Positions 1 to 13,100 of a stretch of DNA of 64,000 bases are shown piece by piece. Location of the stretch: assembly GCF_018350175.1 (NCBI RefSeq), contig NC_058368.1, positions 209,500,001 through 209,564,000 of the forward strand, given 5' to 3'. The stretch's first letter is position 1; every line of letters starts with the position of its first letter. A program made the translations under genes and the position numbers. Origin of the DNA: Felis catus. Its lineage: Eukaryota. The notes under the pieces were generated by a model. The model was not told the DNA's origin, did no database searches, and was given only the letters and a program-made list of their open reading frames with translations.

Positions 1-143
1 GAAATAGGTGATGGGGATTAAGGAGTGCATTTTTGTGATGAGCACCAGGTGTCGTATGGAAGTGTTCAATCACTGTATTGTACAACTGAAACTAGTATTA
101 CACTGTATGTTAACTAACTGGAATTTAAATAGAAACTTAAAAA
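1..143 (+). mobile_element. 3' end of a carnivore L1
   Basis: gatgagcacc...tatggaagtgtt...cactgtatgttaactaactggaatttaaata followed by an A-rich end. Confidence 0.7.
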
Positions 144-613
144 CATGGTGTTACATTTTGAATAGTAACTTGTACTGGTCAGAAACACGTGTAACGTTTA
201 AAACAACACAAATAGAAATGTTTGCTTATTATTTTCCTTCTACATAGCAGATATAAAGATATGAGTGAAAGAGATATAAATCTGTAATTGATAATAGAAA
301 ATTTATGTTCAAAACATAAAAAGTATTCTGGGCAAAAAATATTTATAGCTCATGTGTATAATTAAACATAATGAAACTAATCTTAATTCACGTTTTCTGG
401 AAAAGTACTATCTCATTTTAGGCTGCTATCCCTGGGCTATTGTTACCTATTCATCTACTTCTCCTTCCCCTGTCAGTTTTCAATCACTGGAGGAATCTGG
501 AGAATTTCAGTATCAGCGCTTAAGTCAACAAATGCTAATAAGGAGGGCTATGCAGAAACATCAATCTCATCTTCCTTGCATCCCTTGAGTATCTCCAGAA
601 TGTAAGGGAAGTA

Positions 614-920
614 CAACTGACCCTTGAACAATGCAGGGGTTAGGGATGCTGACCCCCTGCACAGTTGAAAATCTGCACATAACTCTGATTCCCCAAAAAC
701 TTAACTTTTAATAACCTACTGATGACCAGAAAACTTACCAATAACATAAAGTTGATTAACACATATGTTATATGAATTACAGACTGTATTTTTACAGTAA
801 ACTGGAGAAAAGAAAATGTTATTTAAAAATCGTAAAAGAAAATACATTTACAGTACTATACTGTACTTATTGAAAAAAAATCCATGTATAAGTGGACCTG
901 TGCAGTTGAAGGGTCAACTG
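614..920. mobile_element. Tigger2a-like DNA transposon (TcMar-Tigger)
   Basis: TIRs caactgacccttgaacaa / ttgaagggtcaactg, flanked by TA; orientation opposite to the 35666 and 42460 copies. Confidence 0.8.
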
Positions 921-1035
921 TAGTATTAAATGTCAAGATTAACAAGTATCTCATCATTGTCTCTCTCTGTGTAAGAGAGGGAGGCCTCAACTAGGTTTGT
1001 ACCCACAGGGACCACACCCTTGTTCGAGTCCTTAC

Positions 1036-1134
1036 CACATCAGTGATGTTTAAAATTTTCCTCGTCATTGCTTCTTTGTCATTGTGTGGAGTTGGAGTAA
1101 ACCAGAGTTTTTGGAATGTTTCATTTACTAATTT
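1036..1134 (-). CDS. NIPBL: NIPBL exon 31 (99 nt)
   Basis: ttctag|AAATTA...GATGTG|gtaagg; [33 protein letters not shown]. Confidence 0.95.
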
Positions 1135-4100
1135 CTAGAAAAAAGAAAATTTCAAACTACACAACTACAACAAACATGGCAAAATTCTCAATCCCAAATT
1201 CTCATTAAAATCCAAAACAGCGGCGCCTGGGTGGTTCAGTCGGTTGAGTGTCCGACTTCAGCTCAGGTCACGATCTCGCGGTCTGTGAGTTCGAGCCCCG
1301 CATCGGGCTCTGGGCTGATGGCTCAGAGCCTGGAGCCTGCTTCTGAGTCTCCCTCTCTCTCTGCCCCTCCCCCATTCATGCTGTCTTTGTCTCAAAAATA
1401 AATAAACGTTAAAAAAAATTTTTTTTTAAATAAAAAATAAAAAATAAAATCCAAAACAAAGGTGGGGCACCTGGCTGGCTCTATTGGTAGAGCATGATCT
1501 CTGTTCATGAAGAAAAAAAAAAAAAAAAAAAAAAAAAAGCCAAAAACAAAGCTACAAATAACGAATCAAAGCACAAACTACCAGAAATTTTTGGCACAAA
1601 TTCCTCAATTTTTGAAAACAATCATCAATTAATTTTTCAAAATTATAATCTTTTTCAATTGGTAAAAATTTTAAATAGGTGATATCTGCATAGTACACAA
1701 AGGTTGTTTTTTTTTTTTTTAAATATTTATTCTATTTTTGAGAGAAAGAGAGAGACTGAGCATGAGCAGGGGAGGCACAGAGAGAGAGGGAGACACAGAA
1801 CCTGAAGTGGGCTCCAGGCTTCGCACTGTCAGCATAGACCCCAACGCGGGGCTTGAACTCACAAACTGTGAGATCATGACCTGAGCCAAAGTTGGACACT
1901 TAATGACAGAGACACCCAGGTGCCCCACAAATGTTTTGATCAAACTAAAAAACATTTTTCTTACTTTTTTTTGAGGGGGGGGGAAGCTGTTAAAGAAAAC
2001 AAAACAAACAAACAAAATACTGAGACCATCATATACGTATAAATTCACGAATGAACTGAGGTTTATACTTTCAACAAAGTATTTAACTTAGAAAACCAAG
2101 TACATACCATTTAAAAAATAAAATAACTTTAATTTGATAATAAACTTGCTGCATATAATGTAATCACTACAATGGCATTAAATATAATTGAACTGGTTGA
2201 GAAAGATCAGATTTTATTAATACAAGATTTAGAAATAAAAATGTATGGATGTCATTTTTGAATTGATAATCTAAAAATGTTGATTTCCTTGTCAAGGTTT
2301 TTCATAGTTACACATTTTACAAAATTTAGCTATAATAAACATTTAAATTTTTTAAAACGTTAATGAAAAATGAACTTTAAAACAGTCATCATTTCATCTT
2401 ACCTTAATGCCCTCTTCATCATTGACTCTGCGAATCATTTTTACACACATTTCTGTAATTTTTGGAAACGTTGGTTGTTCAATACAGATGTCTCTTAGAA
2501 TCTTTATTACCCTTTTCCTGACACTGATACCAGTATCCTAAGAACAGAAAAGTATTTTTAAATATCAGAAAGCTCAATATGCTCAGGTGTAAGAAATGTG
2601 ATAAAATAAAATCAGGAAATAAATACCAACAAGCAGTACATTGAATACTTATTAACGTGATAAAGATGGTCTATATATTTCCTCTTTATATTCTTTCTTA
2701 TTAATGTTACTACAAACATGGATTACTGTATTGCTTTACTTTTATAATATGATATCCAATACATGCAAAAATACTGAATAACACTGAACATGACACTAGA
2801 ATATAAACTTGTCAAAATTAAATGGGATAACAAATTAAAAGCATTTAGAATAGTGCCTGGCACTTAAACAGCATATGAAGTATTTTTAACAAATATGTTA
2901 AACCTAAATCTAATCAAACCACTGTCGCTATGTTACAGTTCATAGAAAATAAAAGAAACGAACAAAAAAACAAATTAAACAAAGCCATGAGGAAATAACA
3001 AGACTGACCTGGTCTTTTTTTTTTTTTTTTTCTTTTTTAAAGTTTTGAGAGAAAGGAGCATGTGCGGCGGCGGGGGGTGGAGGGGCAGAGACAGAGGGAG
3101 AGAGGGGAACCCAAACAAGCTCCACACTGTCAGCACAAATCTCAATAAGGGGCTCGATCCCACAAACCACGAGATCATGACTCGAGCTGAAATCGAGAGC
3201 CAGAGGCTTAACCAACTAAGCCACCCAGGCACCCCTGACCTGGTCTTTTTAAATTAGTCAATGTAATGGGGGAAGTCTATAAAAGAGAGTACTCTAAATT
3301 TTAAAACTTGATCACCAAATGCAAAGTATGATCTTTGACTGGATTCTGTTCAAAAAAAAAAAAAAAAGTAAACTAGAAACTTCCCCTGCAGTTTTTGGGA
3401 CAACTGGAGAATCGAGTATCAACTGGTTATTACAGGATATTTAGGGAGTGTTAATTTGGTTGGGTGAGATTAACAGTTTTTGTTTATAAGAACAGTAACC
3501 ACACTTTTGGAGAGGCAGGCTGAAGTATACATGGAGGAAGTAGCAAAATGTTTGTGATTTAATTTAAACTAATTTAGCAAAAAATATAGATACGATGTTA
3601 GATACATGAGGGTTCATTGCACTAACACTCTTCACAAATTTTCAATAATTAAAGCGTTTTAGAAATAAAAAGCATTGGACACTTAATTGCATATTTATTT
3701 CCATTATATAGTCTGACAATCACTAAAATATTTTAGGATATATCGCTTAGGTAGATGCTATCGGATTTCATTAAATTTGAAGAATCCTATTGATCCTCCA
3801 AATTTGAGAATCCTATTGATTTTGCCTTTCATTCTTGAAAAGAAGCACTAACACGAAAACGTTTATTGCACTCTTTCCTTAAATTCTTTGTTTCAATCAA
3901 GATTTTGTGCTAGTTGAAGCTGCAATTATCTTTAACTCTTAGTCATATAATATTCTGACACTAGACTAAAGGTGATAAACTCTTGTCACTGTGGGAATAC
4001 CTAATCTTGTGCCTAATGCATTTCTTTTGAGTTACAGAAGTCAGTATGCTTGCAGTGGGTGATGTGGAGATTCCACAGATATTTTGTAACATCAGTGTTT

Positions 4101-7100
4101 CCTGTTTCCTTTTATTTTCCAGGGAAAGTCTTCAGGACCAGAGAATTCCATGACATACAAGAAAGGATTATCTTAGAATAGTATTTCTTTAGTTTGTTCT
4201 TAAGACTCAAATGGCTTTCTGGTTTATAACGCAGGTATCTAAATCTTGTCATAATTCAGCTTTAAAGAAACATGCAGATAACAAACAAAGGACCCAAACA
4301 TATTGTCAGATACCAAAATTCTGCACTTAGCTGTCAACAAAATAATTGTTCCTATTTATATACATTCATATAAATTTATTCTAGGTTCCTGTCCAAAATA
4401 TTTATGCCATTGTAGTTCCTATCATTTACTCATTGTAAACTTGCATCATTAAAATGGAGGAGTTAACTGAAAAAAAGGAGTCCTAATTTTCAACAACGAC
4501 TTGTTTTATAGTATCGAGCAGTCCTCCTCTTGAAATATGTCCTTTGGGGCACCTGGGTGGCTCAGCTGGTTAAGTGTCCAACTTCGGCTCAGGTCATTAT
4601 CTCACAGTTCATGGGTTCAAGCCCCATGTCAGCATAGAGCCTGGAGCCTGCCTCAGATTCTGTGTCTCCCTCTCTCTCTGCCCCTCCCCAACTTGTGCTC
4701 TTGTCTCGCTCTCAATAAATGAATTAACATTAAAAAAAAAAAAAAGAAAAGAAAAAAAAAGAAACTTGTCCTTCCTCAGTTCTTTGTTTGGGCCTATGGC
4801 TGAGCTGGGCTTGAAATTTGTGTCCCCTTCCCCTGCTGGTACTCTGTCCAATTGTTAGGATCCTTAGCTTAGCTCAAGGTAGGGTAGGAATGGAGAACAT
4901 TTTTCCTACTTTCTAAATCTGGGAGACTGGAGATTAGAATCTGCCCAATGTTCTGCTGTCCAGCCACCAAATTCTAGATTTGATTCTTGGCACCAAGAGT
5001 ACCTACCTGTAGGCTTTCCCTTGCCTTCCAACCCACTGAATCAGCACTATAGAGTTACAACCTTAGCTTTTAATTTTCATTCTGGTTTAAACTATCTTTA
5101 GGGTGTGTGTGTGTAAAATAAACATGGACAGGTTTTTGGGGGTGAGGAGTGAGGTGGGGAACATGTCCTCCTCTAGAAAGATGCTATAGTATAGAGATTA
5201 GGCAATATAAATAAGTAATTGACACTTACTTTTCTAGCTTAGTAATTAAAAAAATGTGATACAAGAAAGGCAAAATTATATTTATGAATCATAATAAAAA
5301 TGATCAAACAACATACCAAAATTCTTTCAATCAGCATATCATAATACTGCTCAGCAAGCTGAGGTCGACAAAGAACAAATCGACCTAATAATTCTACTGC
5401 TGCTTCTCGAACACTAGTGGAGTTATCCATTAATCGTCCATGAACTCCTCGCTGCATATCAAGCTAAAGGAAAATAAAGAAAATATAATTTATACTACTA
5501 AGTAGAGCTAATATCTTAACTTGAATGCAATAGTCAAATGAGAAGAATCATTTGTGCTCTTCTTTACCCTTGCTAGAATACTGGGGTCTACAGCAACAAC
5601 CTCAGATAAACACTTCATGGCTTTTGTTCGAACGGCAATTGCGTTTTCACCAAGAACTCGAAGGATCTGCCGAGCAAACATCGGTATTTTCACAAATTTT
5701 AGAACATACAACATTTAACAAAATATACATGAAAACATGCAAAAGAAATGAAAATAAATATTGGATTTACCTCCCTTTAATATTTATATGGGTAGAAGAT
5801 GTTATCTTACTGATCCAAAGTTTTAACTTACAGGTCAGTATAGTAACTGAGGCATTCTATACTTTAAGGCCTTTTCTTTATCCTGGCATTCTCAATTAAA
5901 CCTGTTATTTCATTGCTATGCTCATGTGCAAGGATGTGTAGCCCCACTAAAACCTTGCTATGAGTACCTAATTCAGAATATTTAGTATTATTTAAGTAAT
6001 AATTTGGTAATTGAGTAATTTATTTTTATAACATCAACCAGTCTACCTATACCATATATGTATATTTATACATATATCCATTTATCTGTAAAACGTGAAT
6101 CAGTATGTAAAAGGCATGTAAAAAAAGACATCTTAACAAATATGGAACACAGAAACAAATGCTACTCTCATGATCTTTTAAAATATCTGTTCTCAACAGT
6201 GAATAGACATCATATGCTATTCCACAAATATCCATAATCAGAAAAATCAGTATCATTGTACAAGGAATTCTGGTTTAGTTTACCTGTGTCAAATAAATAT
6301 CAAAGCTCTGGGCAAACGGCCTCATAGAGGCCAAGTATCGAACAATCAAACAAGCATCATCATAGTCCACAGTATCAGAATTCATCCTACAACAAAAAGT
6401 CATTAAATTATTTTTTTAAGTTTTTTGCCAAGTAGATAGATATCAAAGAGATAACTGAAAAAGTAAAGGTGCTTTCTCTCTGGATCTTACTTTAATGTGC
6501 TGAACTGAGAAGGTGTGGTTTTGATAATGCTTCTAAGAAACTTTTTCCGGTTTTCAGCTCGATGCATGATTTGACCAGTTGTCTCAACTTCCTTCGCATG
6601 ATGTGTTCCTTCAGATGATTCTTCATCTTTTTGTGATTTCATTGCTTTTTCTGTTTCCAGAGTTGTGTCACGGAACCACTGGGCTATATAGAATTTACGA
6701 GAAAACTAAAAAGAAAATAGGTAAGATCTGAGCTTGATAAAATTAAGAGAATTTTTAAATGAAATTTCCAACCCACTGATAAAGTGCTCACTATCAGGAA
6801 TAAATATACAGGTGTACTTTAAAGCAACTTGTAGCAGACAAAAACAAATTTTAAGAAAGCCAAAAGGTTTGAATATCTGAATGATACAAAACTTATTATT
6901 TTGCTTTGTCTTAACACTTAAGACAAGCATCAATTACTTAACAAAGAAAAAAGCATCACACATAGGTCACTAAAATTAGACAGATGATATGTCAACTGGA
7001 AAAGTTTAGAATAGGATAAGATGTCAAAGGTACAAGATTCCATTTACTTTCAAAAACCACCTTACTTCTTCAAGAAATACGTAGCCAATTATTACTGAAA

Positions 7101-10100
7101 CATTTTAACATGAAGGCACATCTATTATTTGTTCCTTTCAATGTAGACTAAAAACGTGCAGTAGTTGACTAAATAGCTTAGTTACCTCCAACCTCTTTAT
7201 CCTACATATCCCATCAGTAAAAAATAAAAATAAAAAAATTAAAAAGTACACTGGGGCGCCTGGGTGGCTCACTCAGTTTAGCGTCTGACTTGATTTAGGC
7301 TCAGGTCATGATCTTGCAGTTTGTGGGATCAAGTCCAATACTGGGCTCTGCACTGCCAGTGGGATTCTCTTGCTCCCTCTCTCTGCCCCTCCCCCACACT
7401 CTCTCTCTCTTTCTCTCTTTCTCAAAATAAATAAACTTAAAACAAAGTGCCCTGGGGTGCCTGGGTGGCTCAGTCAGTTGAGCATATCTAACTTCGGCTC
7501 AGGTCATGATCTTACAACTCGTGAGTATGAGCCCTACATTGGGCTCTGTGCTGACACCTCGGAGCCTGGAGCCTGCTTCAGATTCTGTGTGTCCCTCTCT
7601 TCTGCCCCTCTCCTGCTCATACTCTCTCTCTCTCCCCTTCAAAAATAAATAAACATTAAAAAAACAAAACAAAGTGCCCTAATACATGCACAGTGTTTTC
7701 TAATATGGTTTATAAATCTTATATATGAGCCTATTATACTAATAATTTGGATGCACAATATACATAAAAATAGAACTAAGGATTATATTTAAAAAGAAAT
7801 ATACACATAAAATTCTAATAGCTTCTTTTTATATGCTCATAAATCATCTCAAGCACCACCATTGTGAGGAGCAATGACCATTGTGAGGAGCAATGACCTA
7901 CCTCAGTCTCAAAGATAACTTATGGAAAGATTTCTAACTATTTCCCCTCTCACACCATTTTTATATAATACATATCTGTACCAAAATTCCGTAAGACAAA
8001 TCAATCCATAACCATTGTCTTTAATTTACATCATCAAGTATCCCTTTGTCTTAAATAAAAGATCAGGATTCCAAACAACCTTCCTCTTCATGACACTTCC
8101 CAATTTTCTTTCAGACCCAATTTGAATTTGATGTGTTATCTCCAAAAAAGGGAGAAAAGAGTCCTACCACTAGTGAAGGATCAGTCTCAGTGTTTTCATC
8201 CAAGTAATCAAGCAATGCTTTCTGTAGTTGTTGTATTTCATCTTCTCCTCCTGAAACCTACAAAATAAACCAAGGAAGAACAAAAATTACATCACTAGTG
8301 TATTTTAATAATTCATCTAGTTGTAAATACAAATCTAGGGAAAAAACCGATAAATGATAAAAAATCAAAATGTTAAGTATAGCAACTAAAAGGAAAAAAA
8401 AACAGAAGAATGCTACTTCACAAAAAAAATTTATACTCATAGCTGACACTGGCCCTTACTTTTATGAATTACATGTCATCTTGCTTTGAAAGAGGTGCAT
8501 AGGTAGCTGACATAAAAATTAACAGAATAATGTGTTAAGTATTCAGAGACAGGAAGGTCCTACACATTGGTTTTCTGTTTGGAAAAAAAGAGGCAATTCC
8601 AAACTTTTAATTTAAAAATGGAAACTGTTATCCGTTTTACTATGTGTTATAGGTTTCTTTGGGATATTTTAAAACATTCTAGAAGAGAAATACTTCTATA
8701 TGTAATATAAAAATAGTACTTTATTTCATGTAGGATATTAAATATACAGTAGCAGGTGAGCTGTTCACTTGATCTAGGAATAGAATCTTTAGTTCCTGTC
8801 AAGAACAAGACACAGCCAGAAATGAACTGAGCTGGCATTCATGTCTATAGCTTTATACTCTATCTTTACCACATGAAATGCCAATATGGTTTAGAATATC
8901 TCTAAGTAGAAAACAAAGATTTTAATAACCTTTGTTCTCAGAGTGTGATGAAATGGTCCATGGAGAAATTCATCATAGCACTGTAAACTAGAACACTGTA
9001 AACTTCCAAGAGCAATGTGGATGTATGTCAAGAACCGTAAGAATACTTACAAATGACCCTTCCCCTCAAGTTTTACAGTGTACAATCTACATGGTCATAT
9101 GTAACAAATAAGTTGCAGGTTCACTCTAAGAAATACTGAAAGGCACCTGGCACATACATCTTGGTTTCTAAATTACCATTCTCCAATAAAAAGAACAGTA
9201 ATATTTGGTGAAACGGCAGATTCCAGGGCTGAGGCAATGAAAGTAAGAGAGCTCCTGAAACATTTTGTGCCACAAAGTAAAGTTCTCAAAGAAAGATGGT
9301 AACATATCAAAAAGACACAAAAGTCAGCTAAAAGGGGCTCTCACAGGTTAATTCTAGGATAAATGGAACATTAAAATAATGATAGCAATAAATTATAATC
9401 TAGGAAATAGAATGGGAATGGCAGTGTTATATTAAATGGTAGTATTACATTAATGGTAATTTCTTGCTTTTGAGAACTGTATTGTGGATATTTAAGCAAG
9501 AGTTCTTGTTTGTGGAAAATATACACTAAACAGTGTTTTTCAAACTTCAGCATTCATTAGAATCACCTGGAGGGTCTATCAAAAAACAGTGCTGGGCCCC
9601 ACCCCCAGAATTTCTGATTTAGTAGATGAGTCCTGAGAATTTATATTTCCAGCAAGTCCTTAGGTGATGTTAATATTAGTACCTCTTGTCTAGGGAATCA
9701 TACTTTGAAATTCAAGGGTATTGGGAGGCATTAAGTGTGCTCAAATAGTTAAAAAAAAAATGACAAACAGATATGCAAGCATGTATATTTTGAAAAAGAA
9801 ATGTTACATAAAGATAAAGCAATGTTATAAATTGTTGACAAGTAAGGAATTTGGGTGAAAGGTTTGTGGGAACTCTTTGCATTATTCCTACAACTTTTCT
9901 GTAAGTTTAAAATTATTTCAAAATACAAAGTATAAGAAAAAATATTAGAGGCATTTCTAATGGCCAGCATGAATATGATTATGAATGTTAAAAAAAAAAA
10001 GTATAAAGAAAATGAAAACAGTTGTGTATGGTAGGATTAGAGATCATTTACCAATTTTCTTAAGTAACTTTTAGCATTATTACCACCTCGTTCACACTTA

Positions 10101-13100
10101 AAAAAATAAGTGAAGCAACAATAATTTTTTTTGCCAAACATGAAAACTATCTAATATAGTAAAATGAAAAGAAGTCTTCCTCCTCATCCTTCCCCAATAT
10201 AAAATGATACACAAATTTCAAAGGTAGAAAACAATTTGGGAGTGCTAAATCAACATCTTAGTAAATTAAAGACTTAAATAAAACTTAGTTAAATAAAATA
10301 GAAAACAGCATCATACATTCATAAAAGCAGTTCACACAAAGAAATTAGACTAATGATTTATATAAATCACTTAAAACTTCCTGTTAGACACTATAATTCA
10401 TTCTAAGGTATTAACTTTCTCTGTGGGGTTTTTGAAAAGTCCACTTTTGGAAATGCATGATCTTATTTTGAATTTATAAAATGAAATGTAACACTAATAT
10501 AAGAATACCTAAAGAAAGTACTTAACTAATATTTATCCCCATAATTTTAATCCTTGATCTCAATACCTGTTTTAAAATTCGTTCTATTGACCCTTGATCC
10601 ATTTTGCTTGTAACGGCATCTTTCCTTAATCGTGCAGCAACAGTTCCAAGGTAATCAAGAGATGCCACTCTTAAAGCCATCTCTGTTGACTTGTTACTGA
10701 ACTGATGAACCTAAACATCAAAATAATCTTTATTTAATCAATTTATGACATTTTTAATAGCAATTTATCATACAAATTCCAAATCTATGTTGTATTATTT
10801 GAAATTTAAGTATTTTTTCTTGTGATATTGTCCCATGAAGTGGTTGCTTTATGAACATTTTCATTAAAAAAAAGTACAGATTAAACCTAAGAACACAGTC
10901 ATGTTTGTTAAAAATGTAGGCTCAACTGTTTATTTGTATGTTTTCCAGTTCACAGAATGTAAGGGTCCCAAAAGCTTTGTAACGATTTGTATTACAGAAG
11001 TCTAAATATAGTTTAAAAATAAAAAGAGAAATCATATTTCTTTGCATTTTCCTATTGTCTTACATGAGAACTAGAAAGTGTCATGTTTTTAGATATTCTT
11101 AATGATAAAAAAGAATTCACATTAATCAGTTTCATGCTTTGAAATGAATTAACTATAATAATTTATGATTGAGTATTGAGATGCTTTTAACTAACAATAT
11201 ACTTCCAACCCCACCCCAAAGTTTTTAAAGTACTGTTATCTTCTGTAATGAAATGAAAGCACCAAAAGTCACAAGATTTCAAAGTTTTCTACCAAATATT
11301 GACAGTATTGTGTACAGTTATGCACATGCAAAAATAAAGATGCAATGGTCATATTTCCTTACACATTTTTAAAGAATTCATCATCTGTGAATCAGAGTAC
11401 ATCCTCATTATGTTGTCTTCTAGTAATCTAATAATCTTTAAATGCTATACTCTTACCAACAGTCTCCCTAACAAACTAAGGAGTAGTTCAGCAGCTGGCC
11501 ATTCAGGCTTATTGACTGTTGAAAGAAGGTCTTGAACAAAATTTTCAAATAGTGGTCTGTAATCTTCTTCACCTTGCTTACTACCACATCTGTTCAAAGA
11601 TAAATAAGGAAAAGGCTGTGAATTTAGGTGACTTGTCCATCAATATGATTGAAATTTTGTTAACTAAGATTTCTCTTCCCCATATCTAATAATAAGGTAT
11701 AAGAGAGTACATTAAATATAAATAACATGGCTTAAAATGAATCTATTTCTCAAATTTCATTCTTCCCTCTATTATAGGTAATTCATTTACTGACTATTAT
11801 AAACATTAACTTTCCGGCAAGTACACCACATTTTTTAAAATGGCTACTCTTTTTCTGAGATTACCACAAATTCCTATGAAGGCCAAGTAAACCTCTCTCC
11901 ACAAACTTTCCTATCAATTAGAATGCCCCCAAATTTACTGAAGAAAAATTATAGAATTTCAATCTGGTACTTTAACTTGTGGAGTCAAACATATAAGCTA
12001 GCTCACAAGATTTAGGATTTTTAATATTTCAACTGCCTCATTTTAAACATCAGGAATTCAAGGGCCAAGGTGACACATTCAAGGTTCAGGTTACGGCAGG
12101 AAACTGGATTAACCATTTATATACAATAAAGGAACTATTTTCTATCCTGGGGAAATAAAAATCAGATTATGTTAATTTTGCTCACTTTTTAAGGAAGATG
12201 GAAAGGAAGTTTTGGGCTGTTCTCATGGCTGTTTCATAAGAGTTGGTAATGACAACATCTTGGTCAACCTAGATTGAGAAAAATGAATTTATATAGGTAT
12301 AAAAAATAACCAAAAGGAAAAAAAAAAGGTTAGTTCAGTTGCTATTGCCATGTTACTACTGAATAGGGGTGATACATTTAAACACTAAGAAGCTTAGACT
12401 ATTCTTTTATATATAAAGAAATAAGCTACAATTAGCAAACACATTTTCTTAAATTTTTTTTAAATAAAAACATTTTTTTTCTTAAAAATTTTTTAATGTT
12501 TATTTATTTTTGAGAGAGAAAGAGACAGGGGAGGGGTAGCGAGAGAGAGAGGGAGACACAGAATCTGAAGCAGGCTTCAGGCTCTGAGCTGTCAGCACAG
12601 AGCCCAATGTGGGGCTCGAACCCACAAATTGCGTGACTGTGACCTGAGCGGAAGTCGGTCAGTCAATCGACTGAACCACCCAGGCACCCTTAGTAAACAC
12701 ATTTAAATACCTTATAAAAACTAAATAAAAATACTGACTTCATTTTAATTTATTAAAATATGCAAGACTAACAAATGTGGTTAAGCAAATGCGGTATCAA
12801 TAATTTCTTATGATCTAGGTGAGCAGAAACTGACTGAAAATACAAAAAGAATTTAGAAAAAGACAATCCAAGCTCAAAGTTTATGAAATGGTGAAATATA
12901 ATGCAAAAGAAAATTCAATTCCTTTATTAGAAATTTAAAGAACGGGATATAAACAGTCTGTTCAAAGTTTCAGAAATCCAATGGTGAATAAATACATGAA
13001 AAAGCTCACTAGTTACCAGGAATATACAAAATAAAATATGGTATCATTTCAGACTGACCAGAATAAATAAAATCTAACAGAAAGAAAGCTAAAATACCAC

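Noticed and set aside
4098..4240. Plus-strand acceptor (ttttccag|G, 4123) and donor (cag|gtatct, 4234) suggesting an antisense exon
   Set aside because: Isolated splice-like pair with a weak donor and no partner exons; expected by chance
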